64,000 bases of DNA, taken from contig NW_003314310.1 of the NCBI RefSeq assembly GCF_000143415.4, forward strand, positions 32,800-96,799, given 5' to 3'. The DNA is from Selaginella moellendorffii. Taxonomy: Eukaryota; Plantae; Lycopodiophyta. Under the pieces are notes generated by a model, which was given only the letters and a program-made list of their open reading frames with translations, did no database searches and was not told the DNA's origin. The position numbers and the translations under genes are program-made. This document shows, piece after piece, positions 26,601 through 41,068 of this stretch (positions within the stretch are counted from its first letter, which is position 1; each line of letters starts with the position of its first letter).

Positions 26601-28490
26601 ACTGAGGCTGAGATCCCCGAGCTCATGCAAGCTTTTCACTCATGCTCTAGACACTATGCAAGCAAAACAACAGCTCAGCTTCTTCTGCGACATGGTTTCT
26701 ACTGGCCTTCCATTCATCATGACACAGCCAAGTATGCCAGCAAGTGTTTCTAGTGCCAGCAATTCAACCCCCACAACAGCATTCCCCATCTTTCATTTCT
26801 ATGGGGCCTTTCTTCAAATGGGGTTTAGACTTCATCAGCCTTATTTCTCCCCCAAGCTCACATGGACATCGATATATTTTGATGGCAACGGACTATTTCA
26901 CGAAGTGGATTGAGGCAGTTCCTCTCAAGTGAGCAGACTAGACATCTACAGCAAAGTTCCTATATGAGTTTATTGTGTGCCAGTTTGGAGTTCCAGCTGT
27001 TCTAGTATCTGACTGCAGTGGTGCTTTACTTGGACGAGTTGTGGAGTATCTCTTGCAGCAGCTTCATGTCCAACATGTCAAGAGCAGTAGCTACTATCCA
27101 TAATCCAATGGGCAAGCTGAGTCCAGCAACAAGATCCTCAAGGCCATCCTCTCCAAGCTGGTGGACGAGCTCCACAGTGGCTGGGTCCTTTCTTTATCAA
27201 GTCTACCACTCTTGGAGGAGCATACACACTCACAGATGAGACTGGACAGGAGCTCCCTCACTCTCACAATAACTCCCATCTCAAGTTGTTTCAGTGGTGA
27301 GATCTTTCTATTTTCTCTTTTCTTTTTATTTCTTCTCTCTTTCTTGCTTTTATTTCTGCTCTCACTCTTCTTACATCTTTCTTCAGGCCAGGGAATCATG
27401 TGGATCAAGTCTCTTTCCATGGTGAACACACTTTGGCTGCATTATCAATTATATGAAGACTCCTCAACTCTTGCTAATTTGTGCTTTATTTCTTTGGCTT
27501 CTTTCCTTACATCAATTCCATCCTCACATTCTCATCACCACTCTATATCATCCATGCTCTAAAATTCCCTTCCACACACTCACACTATTGTTGCCCAGCT
27601 CTCACTACACATACCTAATGTACTCTTTCACATTTTCCGCCATTCATCATCTATTCATACTAGACACTTGGGGACAACACTTTATCATAAAGGCTCTTCC
27701 AGACAAGTAGCAACAAAAATTAAGACATTCTCATGCACAACATACAAGATATCTGATGGATCAGTCACATGCTGCAACTTTCTTTTCTTTGGAGTTGATT
27801 TCTTCTTCACTAAGAGATCCTGACCACAGCAAGCATCCATTCTCTATGCTTTCTTTTTCATTCTCGGTCAAAGTTTTGAGCACAGACTACATGAGCTTGA
27901 GGCGTCATTAGCATATTCATTTTGTAGAGTGTGGGAGCCAAGTTTAAACTTGTTTCCATTTGGTTTTCTTGCTCTTTTTTCCTTATTTTTCCCTCTTCTC
28001 CTACTTTTTTGAGTCTCTAATTCAACTACATAGTTTCCTATTGGGTTTTCTCTATATCTTTGAATTTTAAACTCCTCTCCCATCTTTTACTTTCATCTCC
28101 ATTTTTTTTTACTTTTACTTTCAATTTTTCTTTTGTTGTTTTCTTTTCCATTTTCTTTGTTTCAGTAGTCACCCTCTCTGGACACTTCATTCTAGCATAT
28201 GGGACCATCTCAGCTGTGGGTTCTTACATGCTGAAGTCTTATACATCCCACCAGTGGTTGCTTGTTGTAGTGCTAGCTCATCATTGCCTTCTCCTTGCAT
28301 TATGGTTTATATTCTGGCTTGAGAGAACATAGGGAATATTCTATGCCCTTGTAATATTCCCTCATCCTTGTATAAGAGAGGCTTAAGTATAAGGTTCCAC
28401 CCCATTTTCTCTTGCACTTGAGTTTGGAGCTACAACTTTGTGAGCATGTGAAGGATGGATCCACAGTTGGGGATGAAAAATGCCCCAACA
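20613..28490 (+). mobile_element. Degenerate full-length TatI-like Ty3/gypsy retrotransposon (gag-PR-aRH-RT-RH-INT)
   Basis: ~229-bp LTRs at 20613-20841 and 28263-28490; the host repeat resumes at 28491. Domains: gag ~22430, protease ALLDSGSQSNII ~23630, extra RNase H YFDGSF/ANEAEYLAV ~24650-25030, RT (LCIDFRAL, YMDD) 25200-25800, RH, integrase (WGLDFI, ATDYFTKWIEA). Confidence 0.8.
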
Positions 28491-28999
28491 CTCTTTCCAT
28501 ATTTTTCTTGACTTTTTCTTTCACATTAGGTTTTAGTTTGACTACAAGGTTTCCCATCGAGTTTTCTTCCTTATCTTCAAACTTCACACTACCCTTTTCT
28601 TTTTCTTTTTCCATTTTGTTTTCCAGAGTTTCTATTAGTTTACCTAATTACCAGTAGTTGGGATCAGTAGTAGAGGTACACTCTACACTCTTCGGAGGGT
28701 TCTCATGTGTCTGAAGCCAATGCAATCCACCATGGCCACATGTTAAGGCATGGCCACTTAGAGAGTGTGAGAGTGACAAAGAAAATATTTTGATTCCTAA
28801 AATATTCCTAAAACATTCCTAATCTTCCTTGTATAAAACCCTTGCCTCACAAGGACAGGGGGGGGATTTGTAGAAAGATTGGAGCATTTTCTCATGTTTG
28901 AGCAAGCATTGCAGAAGCATCCCTCATTTCCCCAACAAAGCTTCTCTCCCTCACTTCTAAAGAATTGAAAGATTCTCTTATAAGGCTTTAAATACCCAT

Positions 29000-29950
29000 T
29001 TAAGAGTCCAATCCAAATAGCATGAAGTAGCAATCTTGGTGGTTGATAACCATATTGACCAAAATCTCTTCCGTCCAATTTGAATTGACAAAATCCCAAA
29101 TGAACCCCAAAGTATACATAGGTTCACCACTCACCCCAATAATTGTTGCTGATTTGAGCTCCACCAGATGCTCCAGCTTGAGGTGCTTCACAACCTCAAG
29201 GACTAACTGATTAGCACTAGAATCTAGCAACACCTCAAGCTTTTGGCCACAAATCATTGTTTTCATAATTGCATGAGGTTGTTCTGGATAATCCTTCTCA
29301 AACATGGCAAAAGCACCACTAAGGCCCTCCAGCCATCAATAGTAATGAGGATCTGCTGGAGCTGAAATTGTACAAGAGATTCCTTTATATACTTTGTCAT
29401 CTCTTGAGTTCAGTATTTGGCTCCCTTGGAGGTGGTTTTATCCTTTCTTCCATAGCCTTGGCCTTCTCAGCTGCAGTCCTCTTGTTACATTCTTCAATTC
29501 TTCTGTTTTCATTCTCAAGTATGAATCATATACAATCACAGATCCTCTTCTTCATTATTGTGTTTAGAATCTAGCTCATCTGTCTCTTCCAACTCCACAT
29601 TGCCAGCCTCATTGAGCTCCTTGGTCATACCATAATAGCAGCTTAAGTCCTCTAGTTAAGGGGGCAATCCCTAGCCCAATAATCCCCTTCATACTTGAAA
29701 TATTTACCCTGTCTATTGCTTTAGACTTGATCTACCACCTTTTTACCAAAGGCCACCATCTGGGGTCCATTTTGAGTTGGGCTTTTGTTTCTTATGTGAG
29801 GTTTGTGGTCAAGCTCTTGACCTCCTTATGCAACTTTTCTGCAGTAGCATCTTCCACATTCTTCACTTGGTCTGTAAATTTCACCATCTTGTTCACCTTA
29901 GGAATCTCTGTCTTATAGATATCTTCTCCAAGTTTGAACTCAAGTGCTTG
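29000..29950 (-). mobile_element. Degenerate gag/aspartic-protease fragment of an LTR element
   Basis: ORF 29000-29305 contains LEVLLDSSAN; boundaries approximate. Confidence 0.5.
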
Positions 29951-30035
29951 TGTTACTGCCTATGCATATGACTCCTATAAAGTGTTCTTCATACAATCTT
30001 TCAATAGAGTCCTCAATCCTTCAAGAGAAATAACC

Positions 30036-30229
30036 AAGCAACCAAAGACAACAACTCAAAATATGAATTATAAGGGGTTTAAATAAAGAGGGAAAAGGCA
30101 AAGTGTACCCTCTTTTCCAATTAGTTAAGGGCATTGGGCTACTTAGGGTTAAGTGTCCTTGGGTTTGAATAGTATTGAGCTAAATAACCTCTTGGGAAGT
30201 TTAAATTTAGGAGCTTACATTTGGTATCA
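30036..30229 (+). mobile_element. Degenerate Cassandra-like LTR with 5S-derived segment, followed by a PBS
   Basis: Similar to the reverse complement of 60768-60962; ends GAGCTTACA-TT-TGGTATCA. Confidence 0.65.
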
Positions 30230-33074
30230 TATAAAGTCTCAAGTCTAACTCTGTTAGTTCGCTAGGGAAATCATATTATATGTTGAAATTAATATTTAGT
30301 AGGTTTAATTTGCCTATGGCTCGAAGGGGTAGGGTGTCAAGAGAGTGAGGCTCTCAGGAGACCTATGCTCTCTTGACACCTATGGCAAAGAGAAGGCCAA
30401 ATTCAGGAGCATATAGGCCTCAATTGCATTGTAAGGCAACTCAAGGCATTTGTAAAAGTCTGGACAGTTTCACTGCTGAATGACCTTCTGAGGAGAAGTC
30501 TAAATTCAGGAGCTTACAAAGCCCAATTACATTGCAAGCCAACTTAGGGCATTTGCAAAATTCCAGACAGTCTTACTGTTTTTCTGAGTGCTTGTGGCAA
30601 GTTCATATAGGAGTCTTCAATTATCAAAGTTGAGAAACCAATCTCTAAACTTCCACTCAAGCCAATGGTGCCTAATCTCACATCCCTCTGGATCCCCTAG
30701 GAAATCTTCCTTTCAAGAATTCCACTAAACCTTGGCCAGTCCAATGGACATTGCACTTTCAGCCCATAGCAAAGTGTTGTAGTCTAACTAACCATTCAAT
30801 TTTGCTATGAAAAAGGTTGCCAACCAGTTTTGATTCTCAATTGGTTTACCATCTCCCTTGAAACTAGGCAATTTAAACTTGCTAAAGATAGTGGCATCTC
30901 ATTCACATGGTGTAGTAAGACCTCATAATCCTCTAAACATCCTAGGAGGATTTATCAATTGTCCTTAGCATACACTTCAAACATAGAGCTGTAAGCAACT
31001 AAGAGATGAGGATCTTACTTCTAGTGAACACTTAAGTATCTGCATAGCTTAGTTCTTTTATTCCCCAACTAGAATAATGATTTCCCCCAAATCCTTGTTA
31101 TCCTCTAGCACAAATTCTCCTTGCACAACTCCTAGGGAATATCCACACATCTTCACATCACACCCTTCAATCAAACATGACTTTGACTATTTCAAGGGTT
31201 TGGACAGCACATGGACATATGGTGTGGAAATGGGATGGAACATGCATAATGAATGATGAATAATGGTGTCATGAGTGACCAAATGAGTGAATGGTGAATA
31301 TGAAAATGGAGAGGATGATATGTAGAGGATAGAATGAAATGATGTTGATAAGAACTTGGTATCTAACTTGGTATGACAATCTGATTAATAATCTTGGTAG
31401 TTAGGAATAAGGTACCACCATTTCTTGTCTGTGAAAAGTCTCTAGTGAGTAAGGTTTCTTTAATCCTGGTGTGGGGAGACTAGCAGCTGGAAAGGGTGCA
31501 TTTGACTAAAGTGCTTATTGGGTCGTAAGCCCACATTACCAATGGATATTCTGCCACGTGGCCAGATGTGTGGCGATTTCTTCTAAAAACATGGAAGCAC
31601 AAAGTCAATGGGAGTAATAGTGCAAATTAAGATCTAAAGGGCAAGTTTGATTGTTCCCCCTTCCTTGGTATCAAAGGGTAGTAAAATATTACATATCCTA
31701 TCATTTGGTCGTGTAGGGAGTGAGACTAAATAGAGAGATCTGTCATCTTTTCTAGAAATAGCAAGAGAATCTCCAGTATTAGCATTTGTATATAAGGCAT
31801 ATTTATAGAATGTAAACTATAAAACTATAATCTAATGCCATTTCATATTTAATAAATTTTCATGATTGTTTCAAAGACTAACTCTTGAGACTGGGGTGTG
31901 GGGGGGTTTGTAGGGGGTTCTAAATGTATAGTAAGGGTAGTGGGTAGGTTGGGCATGGTTGACTAACTTTAGGTATAGTGGGTCTTGGGCCATTGAATAA
32001 AGGGATGGAAAAACTCTCGAATATATAATTAAGGAGTGAAGGAATTGGAGCATGGAATAACTCCTCAAAATATAATTCAAAGTGCAAAAGGATAAAAGTG
32101 ACACTAAAATAGTCTTAGAGCATACAGCATTTTAATGCTAAAACTAGCACACAAAATGAAACTAAATGTAGTTTGGCACTATTTTAGTATACTAGTGGTT
32201 TAATGTGAAGATATAAATCTTTTATCAACTAGCATGGTATGGAGCTTGGGCTTTGATCCAAGCCAAGCATAGAATAAGGATAAGCACACAAAGCAATATT
32301 TTCCCTTAGTCCATGTATTCAAGAGTTTATTCCACTCAGTGGTTAGCCTATCTATAGATTAAAGAGTGAAAACTATATGCATTATAAATTTTCAAAATCC
32401 AGTCTCACCACCCCCATCCCCATGTTTTTTCCCATGTATCTCTATAGCCAAAAGAAGCTAGAATTTGCAAATTCTTGCATGGATTCAAGCACAGCTAGAA
32501 ATGTCTATATTAACGCTAGTAAATACCCAAATAAATTCCCTTGATCATACCTATTTTTCACATTAAAATAAGTATCTAATTTGAATATTTCAAAACGGGT
32601 TTTATGTCTCAAAACCCATTGTATAAATTTCGTACCCAAGTTGGGATCGCTTTTGTGTGTTTATGAATACATGCCAATCTAGCATATATCTCATCCATGG
32701 TCGTCACCTTTATCAAGTGCATGACAATCTTCTTTTGTGGAGATTAAAAATTAAAGAAAAGTTAGTTCCAAGAGAGTGGAATAGAAACCTCCATACCTCA
32801 TTGTCTCAATAGCTACTAAATCTGTGATATTGCTTAGCTTTCTTAGCCTTTTTTTAATGGTGGAGCCACATGTTACATAAGTTGAGATCCTTTATAAGGA
32901 GATTATGAATTCATACCTCTAGAACACTTAGGTGACTCATTTGCAAAGCTCTGGACTAAAATGAATTGATTTATCTCTACCAAAAGATCAGAAACAAAGA
33001 CAAAAAATAAAAACGTTTTATAAAGTACAAGCACTTACTGGAGGAATGATTGGATGCACAGAGGATAATTGGGG

Positions 33075-33432
33075 TCAGGGTGACAACCTCTAGGAGCCTC
33101 TAGTATGTTGGAGTGACAGCCACTGGGAGCCTTTGGGATGTCAAGGTGATAGCCACGAGTATGTTGTGGTGACAACCCTTGGGAGCCACTAATATGTCAG
33201 AGTGACAGCCATTGGGAGCTACTGGATGTTGAGGTGACAATCCTTCGGAGCCATTGGCATGTCATGGTGACAGTCACTGGGAGACATTGGAACATCAGGG
33301 TGAAAGCCACTAGGAACCACTAGTATATTGGGGTGAAAACCCTTAGGAGCCACTAGTATGTTGTAGTGACAGCTGCTGGGATGTTGGGATGACAGCCATT
33401 GGAAACCACTAATATGTCAGGGTGACAGCTGC
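33075..33432. repeat. Minisatellite, ~33-bp unit (GGGTGACAGCCACTGGGAGCCACTAGTATGTYR-like), ~11 degenerate copies
   Basis: GTGACA cores recur at 33-bp spacing (33078, 33111, 33144 ...). Confidence 0.85.
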
Positions 33433-33459
33433 CTTGGACATGAGTGTGGCCTGACCTGC

Positions 33460-36400
33460 TGTAGTGCACGTGGTTTTGACTCTTTATCCTATGGTGATTT
33501 ACCATAGGATAACACCACGAAGCGGAACCTAAACCCTCTTTATGCCATGTGACATATGCCACGTGTCATATGCCACGTGTCCAAAGGACAGTGGTGTGGA
33601 ACCCAAGGTTTAGAGCCTTGGGCCACTGAACGAAGAAACAGTGCCAAACTCCCAAGCATGGAGCCAAGAAGTCACGGAACCGAACCACGGAACGACTCCT
33701 GAGCATATATCCCAAGAAGCAAAGGGACAGGAGCCCGGAGTGACTTGGAATAGTCCTAGAGCAACCAGCATCCCAATGCCAGGACCAGCACGCAAAACGG
33801 AGCCAAATGGAGTCTGGCGCTATTTCGGCATATCGGTGGCCTAACGCGAGGACATAGGTACTCCACCAGCTAGCATGGTGTGGAACTTGGGCTTAGACCC
33901 AAGCCGGACACAGAACAAAGATAAGCACGCAAGCGGGAGTTAGAGTATGCCTCAGGTTGGTCGGCCATACCTAACCTACCCACTATCCCTACTATACATT
34001 TGAAACCCCCCACATCCCCCCCCTCTTTTGAGGAACACACGCTTTGGGCTTTCACCCCAAGCTTCCTTTAGTATCAGGAGTTAGTTTCTGGGATAAGCTC
34101 GAAACTAACTAAATATGGAATGGAGCTAAATTGCGAATTTGGACATAGGACGAACACCATTGTGTTCACGCTAATCTCTACATTCTGTAGATATGCCAAA
34201 TGAGCAAATCTAGACACTTTCCATAAATAGCATTTGGGACCGAAATGAGACTGACACAAAAGGCATGATAGCGAGGGTGTTTGGCAGACACGGTAAGCTA
34301 TCATCCAGCAATATTGAGGGACTAATCTCAATACACGAGGGTTCTTGTCAAGCCAGTGCAAGACAAAGCAAAAGAGAACTAACAAGCCGGGCCAAGTATA
34401 CTCAGCTAAATAAACACTTAGGAATTCTGTCCTTATGCTCATCTGGCCAAGTACAGATGCAAAGTCCAATTTACTAACACTTGAACAAGAGGGGCTAATA
34501 AAGGGAACCAGCAATACCGATTTCCTGCCATCGTGGCAGTAAGGTAAGAGTGTTCGTAAGGACTGGCCAACAGGTAACTTTCGATACCCGAAGTCACATT
34601 CATGACACTCTCCCCCCCTAGGGAAGATCGACATCCTCGTCGATGCACCCTCGAGTCTAGAATACCACCAAGGAAACAACTCCAGAAAAAGTTCACAGTA
34701 CTCACACTATGTGAGAAATGCACTAACTTAAATAAGTTAGGAGGCAACCTCTTTGTCTAATGTAGATGCGCTACCAGCTTAGACACCTTCCGGCCGTCGC
34801 TGACAAGGAAATGACCAACGGAGTCAGCCACCTTTGCTGCTCTGGGAGTCACCCAGCTTACAAAAGTGTGATACGCCCCTGCCCACAGGAACATAGAGAG
34901 AGAAGCCAGAGGCCCCAACCCTCATGAGCAAAGAAACCAAACCCATTGGTAAGGTTTAGATAGACTACTGTAAATAGGCAGTTAGAGTTGTCTACACGGT
35001 CACTCCCTTTTAACGGAATAAGGAACATCGACAGAGAGGCGGGTTATGTGACCAGTCGACAGTAGCTACCCCATGACTAGAGATTTCAACATGCACACGA
35101 AGTGCCGAAGCCAATCTGCCTATACTGGCCCAAACTCAAAGATCAATAGATGGATAATATCAAAGTCATAAACAATGATATCTTAAAGACTTAATTATCA
35201 ATGATGAAATCTTAGAACACAAAAGTATTCCAAGTAAGTTATCATCTGATAAACCAGTATTATAGTATAGGAACCACCAAGATTATCATAATTGGTAAAC
35301 ACAGGAATCACCATCCAACAAAATTCAATAGCAAGTATATCATCAAGTAAACGCAATGATGAAACTTAACTACCGAAGATGGCAGATAGTATGCCAAACA
35401 ACTTACTAAAGAGAACTCAAGAACACAAAGTACCATTGATGGACAAGCACAATGCTCACGAATGTATCACCCGAAGGAAATAACATTTTAATCGATTAAA
35501 ACTAACTCAAGCAATAATCAACAGAATAGAATGAATGTGGTAAGACTAACAAACATAGTTTTCATGCCAACTATCACACTAGCTAAAATAGATTCCGATC
35601 AACAATACCAAGGAACCAGAGTTGCTCAAGCAAGTGTTAGCAACATCCTACTGATGTCTCAAACCCAAGAGACCAATCCAGAGCAAACCACAAAGAACAT
35701 GTGGTATTGCGAAAATCCATAAGATATAAAAAAAAACAACTAACCATCATGAAAGATCATCAATCATCCCATCAATGAAGAGATGCATAATCATTGTCAA
35801 AGAGGAATTCACCATCCCAAAGAACGGCCACTCATTCCATATTAACAACAATCAAACAAAACCTTTTGACAAGGATAATCAACTGTCCTAGATGATAGTC
35901 AATAATCACCAATGATTGCCAGATGCAAAGCCAACTTCAACATTGAAGCTAACGAGCAAAAATGCCTTCCCCAACAACTTCTAACAAATGAAACAATGAG
36001 CATGAAAACTCAAAGAATCAAAAGGTCGAAGAAGCCTATAGCCAAGTCTTACCTAACAATGATCACGAGTTTTGCATGAACTAATTTCGATGCTAAAGAA
36101 GAAAATCATGGTACAATCCACAATATCCTCCTCAACACATCCATAAGCTAAACTTCATAATGCAAAGCTAATGAAGAGCAGATTTGCATTAATCCAAAAG
36201 CTAAGCATAACAAAGCTATGCTCGACAAGTGATCACTAAACGATCCTCCATGAATCCATCTATAGCAAGACGTAACTCACTTCATAACAAACACAAAAAG
36301 AATTATTAGTGATCGATATATTCCAACTCAAACCCAATAAGGATTCAAACTTTCCAATATCGATCACTAACTCTTCTGTTTGTAGAGTTAGCATAGTCCA

Positions 36401-37400
36401 CGACTGAATCACTTTTCAAGGAAAAACCAGAGCTCAACCCCTACTAAATAATCTCGTCTAGAACACAACTAACTCAAACTTGCCACTCAATTCATTTGAA
36501 CGACAATATAGTTGCTAACTAGCAAATGCACAAATGTCAATAACACAAAGCTATAGCCAACTCATCAACACTATTTTCATCAAGACTAATGAAACTCAAT
36601 GTCAATCCTAAGGAGAAATATCTCATTTCACTCAAATCTCAACATCAACAATGTCAATAACAGGATATCACTTCAATACCATCAACACCATAACAAAGCT
36701 AAAAGAAAGCAAGAGTGAATCACCACTCAAAATTCTTTCGCGACCAAGCTAACCAAAGTCGAAAATACTTTTACTTAGTATTCGAGACTAATCCTCCAAC
36801 AACATTCAGCTATAGATAACACTTCATCAAGGAGTGAATCACCACATCCAAGACTCAATGAAATCCAACACTACGAACTAAACGCAACCAAATGATATCA
36901 ACAGAGGTAGAGTCAATATGCCAACATGGAAAACCCACGTAAATCTAACGACACGATCCTCCGCAACACCATCTGGTAAAGCAAGCCTATCACTGAAGAA
37001 TCTTCACTGAGCGAAGCAAGTGTCAACAGTCTTTGACAAAGTCTACAAGTAATCACTTAGTTGCAAAGCAACCAACAATCACCCTTCAACTTGCCTTCAC
37101 AAGACCCAACACTAACTCACGTCATCGAGTCATATACTTGTCTAACATGAACGTAATACCCCAGGTACGAGATAAAGGTTCATAGACAAGCACAAACTAA
37201 ATGATTACTCGAATCCAACTCACCGCGATAAACTCACCAACACGTTTAGCCAATTTGTTGACGTTTAACCAACTGGAAAAGGAGCAATTTCTTGATGAGA
37301 GAGCCCTTAGTGGCTATTTTATCTTCATTTATCCCCCAAGGTTCCAAGGATTCACAGTGACAGTATATCCAAATCTCATCCCACGATCACATGTGCTACA
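33460..37400 (-). mobile_element. LARD-like insertion with a family-A LTR (33460-34607) at one end and a family-B LTR piece (~37265-37400) at the other
   Basis: Inverted homology to 6760-9395 and 9412-9548. The whole unit is flanked by TSD CCTGC (33455-59 / 37401-05). Confidence 0.85.
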
Positions 37401-37849
37401 CCTGCTCAAGCTGGAATATATTAAAAGAGCACAAAATTTATGATTAAGTTCGTGTTGGGACAATTAGTAATAGTTTTCCTCTTGCACAATGGGTGATCAA
37501 GAGTTGTAGAGCCTATTTCTTGTCTCCTAGAAAAAGCAGAAAAACAATCTTTAATTAGCTAGTATTAGAATTTGAAAGCACTTACCTTCTAGGGGTTGAT
37601 TATTCCAAAAAATTGCTTGATGCCATTCCAATTTGCCCTAGTCTTATATGCTATAAAACCATGAAAGCTGCAACCTTACTAGTTCAGTTTATCATAATAT
37701 TCGAGAGGGACTTTGAAAATATTTCTTACGTCTGGTTTTATATTTTAAACTCTATTGTCAAGTTAGAATGAAAGGACAATGCTTAAAACCATTTTTAAGA
37801 CAGTTAGAAATATAACTACCTTTTCTGATGAAAATAGTCTCAAAGATCC

Positions 37850-38340
37850 ATCACACACTACCATAAGTCACGAAGGTTATCCCTGCACACTTAGTAGATG
37901 TTGTTAAGTTGTTGGACCACTAATTGAGAATCTCCCACAAAAGAAACTTGTTGAATCTAGTGAGAGATGGCAAGTTCCATTGCTATGATCATAGCCAAGT
38001 ATTTTGCTTTATTAGCAAATATTGCTAGTAATTGTAAGTTCCTTGAGTTTGGACTTCTCGGAAGGTCACCCAGCCCAGTACTATTCAAACCCAAGAATGC
38101 TTAACCCCAAATATCCCAAGACCCTTAACCAATTGAAAAAAGAGGTGCACTCTTGTTCATGGGCCCTTTCCCTTTATATTTGAACCCCATAAATCATCTC
38201 TCAAGTCGTTTTCTTTGGTTACTTACAATAATGTGGTGCCAATATGAGCAACATTCTTCTCTTGTGCATCAAATATCCAAACACCAACCCCTACAACCTG
38301 GTTTTTGGGGTAGAAAGCACTGTTAAAGTAAGTTGTGAAC
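37850..38340 (-). mobile_element. Fragment of the Tat-like extra RNase H region
   Basis: Inverted homology to ~24640-24930; interrupted by a Cassandra LTR. Confidence 0.65.
38033..38227 (-). mobile_element. Cassandra-type TRIM solo LTR carrying the 5S rRNA internal promoter segment
   Basis: TGTAAG...CTTACA, near-TSD GTAAT/ATAAT. The minus strand matches the 3' half of 5S rRNA (boxes A-IE-C). Confidence 0.85.
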
Positions 38341-38647
38341 TCAAGAGTATCCTAGCCCTCAAATAAAGGGCTAAAGCCCTCACTAAAACTTTTTGCATGA
38401 CTCAATGGTGAAGTGCCCCACAATCATTGCATCCATCTCCACAGCCAAATTTCAAAGTACCCTCATGATTCAATCCACTTCCATTTTGAGGAACCTCTTG
38501 CTGTAGCATTATGAAGCTACTTCATCCTCAACCTCCTCTGCTAAATGCTGGTTGGAATCCACATCCTCATCCTTTTTGAAGCTCTCTACCCTTATGAAAG
38601 GAGGTGAAATTATCACATGATAGCTCCTTTTGGTTAGTTGCAAATCC

Positions 38648-39902
38648 TGTTGTGAATATGACTTTGGGTATCAAAAGTTACCTATTGGCTAGTCCCTTCA
38701 GATATTCTTTCCTTACTGCCATGATGGCAAGAGGTCAGTATTGCTAGACTTGTTATCAATTCCCACTTGAGCTAGTTGAAAAACTAGTTAATAAACATGC
38801 ACTTAAATTGGATAGACATAAAGTAGGAACCCTATGTGTTTTTTGTTGAGCATACTCGGCTTGGTTTGAGAAACTTGTGTCATTGGCTTGCACTTGCTAG
38901 TATCAAGAACCCCCATGATATTGAGTTTATTCCCTCAATATCGCTAGATGATAGCTTACTGTGTTTGCCAAACACCCTTGCTATCATGCCTTTTGTGTTA
39001 ATCTCATTTTAGTCCCAAATGCTATTTATAGAAAGTGTCTAGATTCACTCATTTAGCACATCTATGGAATGTAGACATTGTCTTGAACACAATGATGTTT
39101 GTCCCGTGTCCAAATTCGCAATCTAGGGACATTCCATATTTAGTAAGTTTCGAGCTTACCCCAGAGACTAACTCCTGATATTAAGGGAGGCTTGGGGTGA
39201 AAGCCCAAAATGTGTGTTCCGCCGGGGTCCGTCGTCCGCCGACTCCCCCCACCCCGGCGATCGACACACCGAACCGGCGTATGCCCGCACGAGCGAGACG
39301 GACACCAGCCGCAGCCACAGCCACAGCAGTCGATCTGTTCCTCAAGGAAGGGGTGGGGGGAGGGGGGGAGGGGGGGGGGGGGGGGTTGCCCGAAGGGGTT
39401 CCCAATGTGTTGTACGGATAATGGGTAAGTCGAGCATGGTCGACCAACTTGAGGCATAATTTAGCTCCTGTTTGCGTGCCTGTCCTTGTTCTACATCCGA
39501 TTTGGGTCTAAGCCCAAGTTCCATTCCATACTAGCTAGTGGAGTACCTATATCCTTATGTTAGGCTATCGGTATGCTAAAATAGCACTAGACTCTATTTG
39601 GCTTTGTTTTGTGTGCTGGTCCTAGCATTGGGATGCTAGTTGCTCTATGCTTCTGTCCCTTCGCTCCTTGAGCTTTATACTTGGGAGTCATTCCATGCTC
39701 CAGTGCTATTGCTCGTTGGCTCCATGCTTGGGAGTTTGGCACCGTTCCTTTGTTTAGTGGCCCAAGGCTCTAAAACTCGGGTTCTACCCATCTATCCTTT
39801 GGACACGTGGCATGTGGCACATGGAGGGTTTAGGTTCCGCTTTGTGGTGTTATCCTATAGTAAATCACCATAGGATAAAGGGTAAAAACCACGTGCGCTA
39901 CA
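38648..39902 (+). mobile_element. Solo LTR of family A
   Basis: TG...CA with perfect TSD AATCC; homologous to 8259-9395. Confidence 0.92.
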
Positions 39903-41046
39903 AATCCCCAATTTTAGAATTCTTCCTTATCAAAAACTCTAATGCCTCAACCACCCTCTATGGTCATTTGAGGCCTTTTTAGTGGCTTTTCCCTAACTTT
40001 TCCCTAAAACCTCCTAGGAGCCCAACTCCTGGCATGGCTATTGTTGATGACACTACTATAGCTCCTCTTATAGGTCCATTGGAAGCTAGATAGAATCCTC
40101 TTGCTACCTCCTCTTTAGCCTATTCTTCCTCATCAATGTTTGCCCAAGTGCATTGCTCAAGTTTCCTTCAAGAACTGTCTTCTAGCCCTCTAGGAGTTGA
40201 GCTCCCTCTTACAATACAGTAGTATATTCCTTTTTAAAAATCTCAAAGATTCTTTTGCTATTCCTGGAAAAGATAATAGATCTCTATATCCTTTCACTCT
40301 CTATAGGACCAAATATTAGGATATGTAATATTCTACTACCTTAAGGAAGGAGGAACAATTGAACTCACCCTAGTTGGCCCACATCACCGGTAGATGATGT
40401 GGTAGATGATCCATATGGCTAGTTGTGCAGCAAGCTCCTCCAAGTATGCAAAATCACAAAGCTGGTGAGAGTACTAGAGTTCCAGACAAAGATCTAAGGT
40501 CTCAATAAGCTCCTTAGTTCGACACATACACAATTCCTAACTGTCAACCTCCCCACAACAAGATTTAGGAAACCCTGCTTACTAGAAACTTTTTCCAGCT
40601 AAGAAAAGGTGGCACCCTATTCCTACCTCCCAAGATCCAATTGGGTTTGCAACTATCTTTCATATGCTTTGATCCAGTAAGGTTTTTGCCAGAATCAAGG
40701 CCAAGAAGCACTATACTGCATAGATTCCACTACACTATGCCCAGTGAGCTGGGGTGATGACCAACCTAACCCTTCTCTATCATCGCCCTCCTTTTTATAA
40801 CCAATTCTCCCACTAATTTCTACCATATCTCTATTGTGCTCTAGCTAAGTTCTCCTATATTTCCTCCAAAAACTATCTGTTGGCCCTCTAGAAGTTAAGC
40901 TCCCTCTTGCAATACACTAGTATACTCCTTTCTGAGAATCTTAAAGATTCTTTTGCTATTCCTGAAAAAGATAATAGATCTCTCTATCCTTTCACCCTCT
41001 ACACAACCAAATATTAGGATACATAATATTCTACTACCTTCTGAAT

Positions 41047-41068
41047 GCTCTATTTCGTTAAAGTGGGA
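41047..41068 (+). repeat. Left terminal inverted repeat
   Basis: GCTCTATTTCGTTAAAGTGGGA. Confidence 0.92.
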
